Source of the DNA: Eledone cirrhosa | Taxonomy: Eukaryota | NCBI GenBank assembly: GCA_964016885.1 | Contig: OZ024745.1 | Location: 29,388,001-29,452,000 of the forward strand | Reading direction: 5' to 3' | DNA length: 64,000 bases | In this document: positions 62,924 through 64,000 of the stretch, one piece after another | How positions within the stretch are numbered: the stretch's first letter is position 1 | Layout of the letters: each line of letters begins with the position of its first letter | The notes under the pieces: generated by a model | Database searches by the model: none | Told to the model about the DNA's origin: nothing | What the model saw: only the letters and a program-made list of their open reading frames with translations | Program-made: the position numbers and the translations under genes

Positions 62924-63465
62924 TCGCCACTACCGAGATAACTGTGATAAATTTATAGTGAGACTATGGTATGTTTATTATACATAAACATATTGTATGT
63001 GTTTTCATATACACTCCTACAGCACAATTTTGAATAAAGACAAATGAGAATCTATATAAAATACTATTATATATAATATATATATATTTAGTGGTTATGA
63101 TTGTTTTAATTATGGTTAGTAGGGATGTGTTTGTCTATTAATGCATGGAAGTTTCTGCCGATATTGGTTTTAACATTCAACAAGAAGTGTGACTTGAAAC
63201 AGGCAGTATTGAAGCTTCTATTTCTCTTCAACAGCATTGGTTAAGGGTTGTTAATTTTCTCTTTAAGTCTGTTTTTCTCAAGGGCATCTTTGTAAAGTAA
63301 GGAGCTGCTTTGTTAAGGATATCTAGCTAGAGGAGAGTTTGGAAAATCTGCTACTTATGTTTTTGACTAAATTTCTGAACACTATTAAAAGGTGGCAGGA
63401 TCCAGCAACTTTCCTTGTGTTTGTCTTATTTCCTTGTATTATTGGCTCCATTATTGGCTATCACT

Positions 63466-63653
63466 GGCGGTGATATTGGCAGTATCAGTAGAGGGTCGGA
63501 CGCCATGCTTTGCAGCATAGAGTTACGGCCCTTTATGGTCTGAGTTCAAATCCCGCCGAGGTTAACTTTGCCTTTCATCCTTACGGGGTCGATAAAATAA
63601 AGTACCAGTAATGCACTGGGATAATTGCTGGCCTTGTGCCAAAAGTAGAAATA
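63466..63653 (+). mobile_element. SINE family A, full length, 16-bp TSD ATTATTGGCTATCACT
   Basis: TSD at 63450-63465 and 63654-63669. Confidence 0.92.
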
Positions 63654-64000
63654 ATTATTGGCTATCACTGGCCATCATCTCTGTATAGGCCAAAGTAGAC
63701 ATGGGTAAAAGTCGCCTAGGATGTTCAATATGTATAATACAACCAAATCCCATACATCCACCCCATCAAATGAGTCCATGCTAACATCAAAAGATCTGCT
63801 TGGGTCAGTTTTTTTTACCCATTCAGGACCCCCACTGAAGAGGAATATTCCTCTAACATGAGATGAACTCTATTTGGAAAGTTGATATGAAATTATAATA
63901 GTGGTGGTGATGGTAGTAATGGGGGTGATGATGATAATGGTGCTGTTGGTGTTGATGATACTGAGGATGTTGTTGATGCTGGTGATGATGTTGATACTGG

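Overview
AT-rich, repeat-saturated animal genomic DNA, most likely an octopus or other coleoid cephalopod (inferred from the SINE/LINE families and microsatellite load). The only host gene I can support is the last three coding exons of an NPDC1/cab-1 homologue on the + strand (32042-32206, 47419-47518, 51181-51300). Everything upstream is probably intron, and a long repeat-filled 3' UTR may follow. The rest is mobile DNA: a near-complete Penelope-like retroelement (RT + GIY-YIG, minus strand, with an inverted terminal copy), many RTE-clade LINE pieces, two CR1-like LINEs, two tRNA-derived SINE families, a non-autonomous Helitron, a piggyBac-like MITE, and several mini- and microsatellites. 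The most striking signal is invisible to the ORF track: about 15 minimal type I hammerhead ribozyme motifs, from intact to degenerate, in several unrelated sequence contexts. Most sit in small non-coding fold-back or partial-tandem elements resembling Penelope pLTRs or retrozymes. The 5' end of the large Penelope copy coincides with its predicted hammerhead cleavage site. Most ORF-track entries are microsatellite or antisense artefacts. All coordinates and pairings were read by eye.
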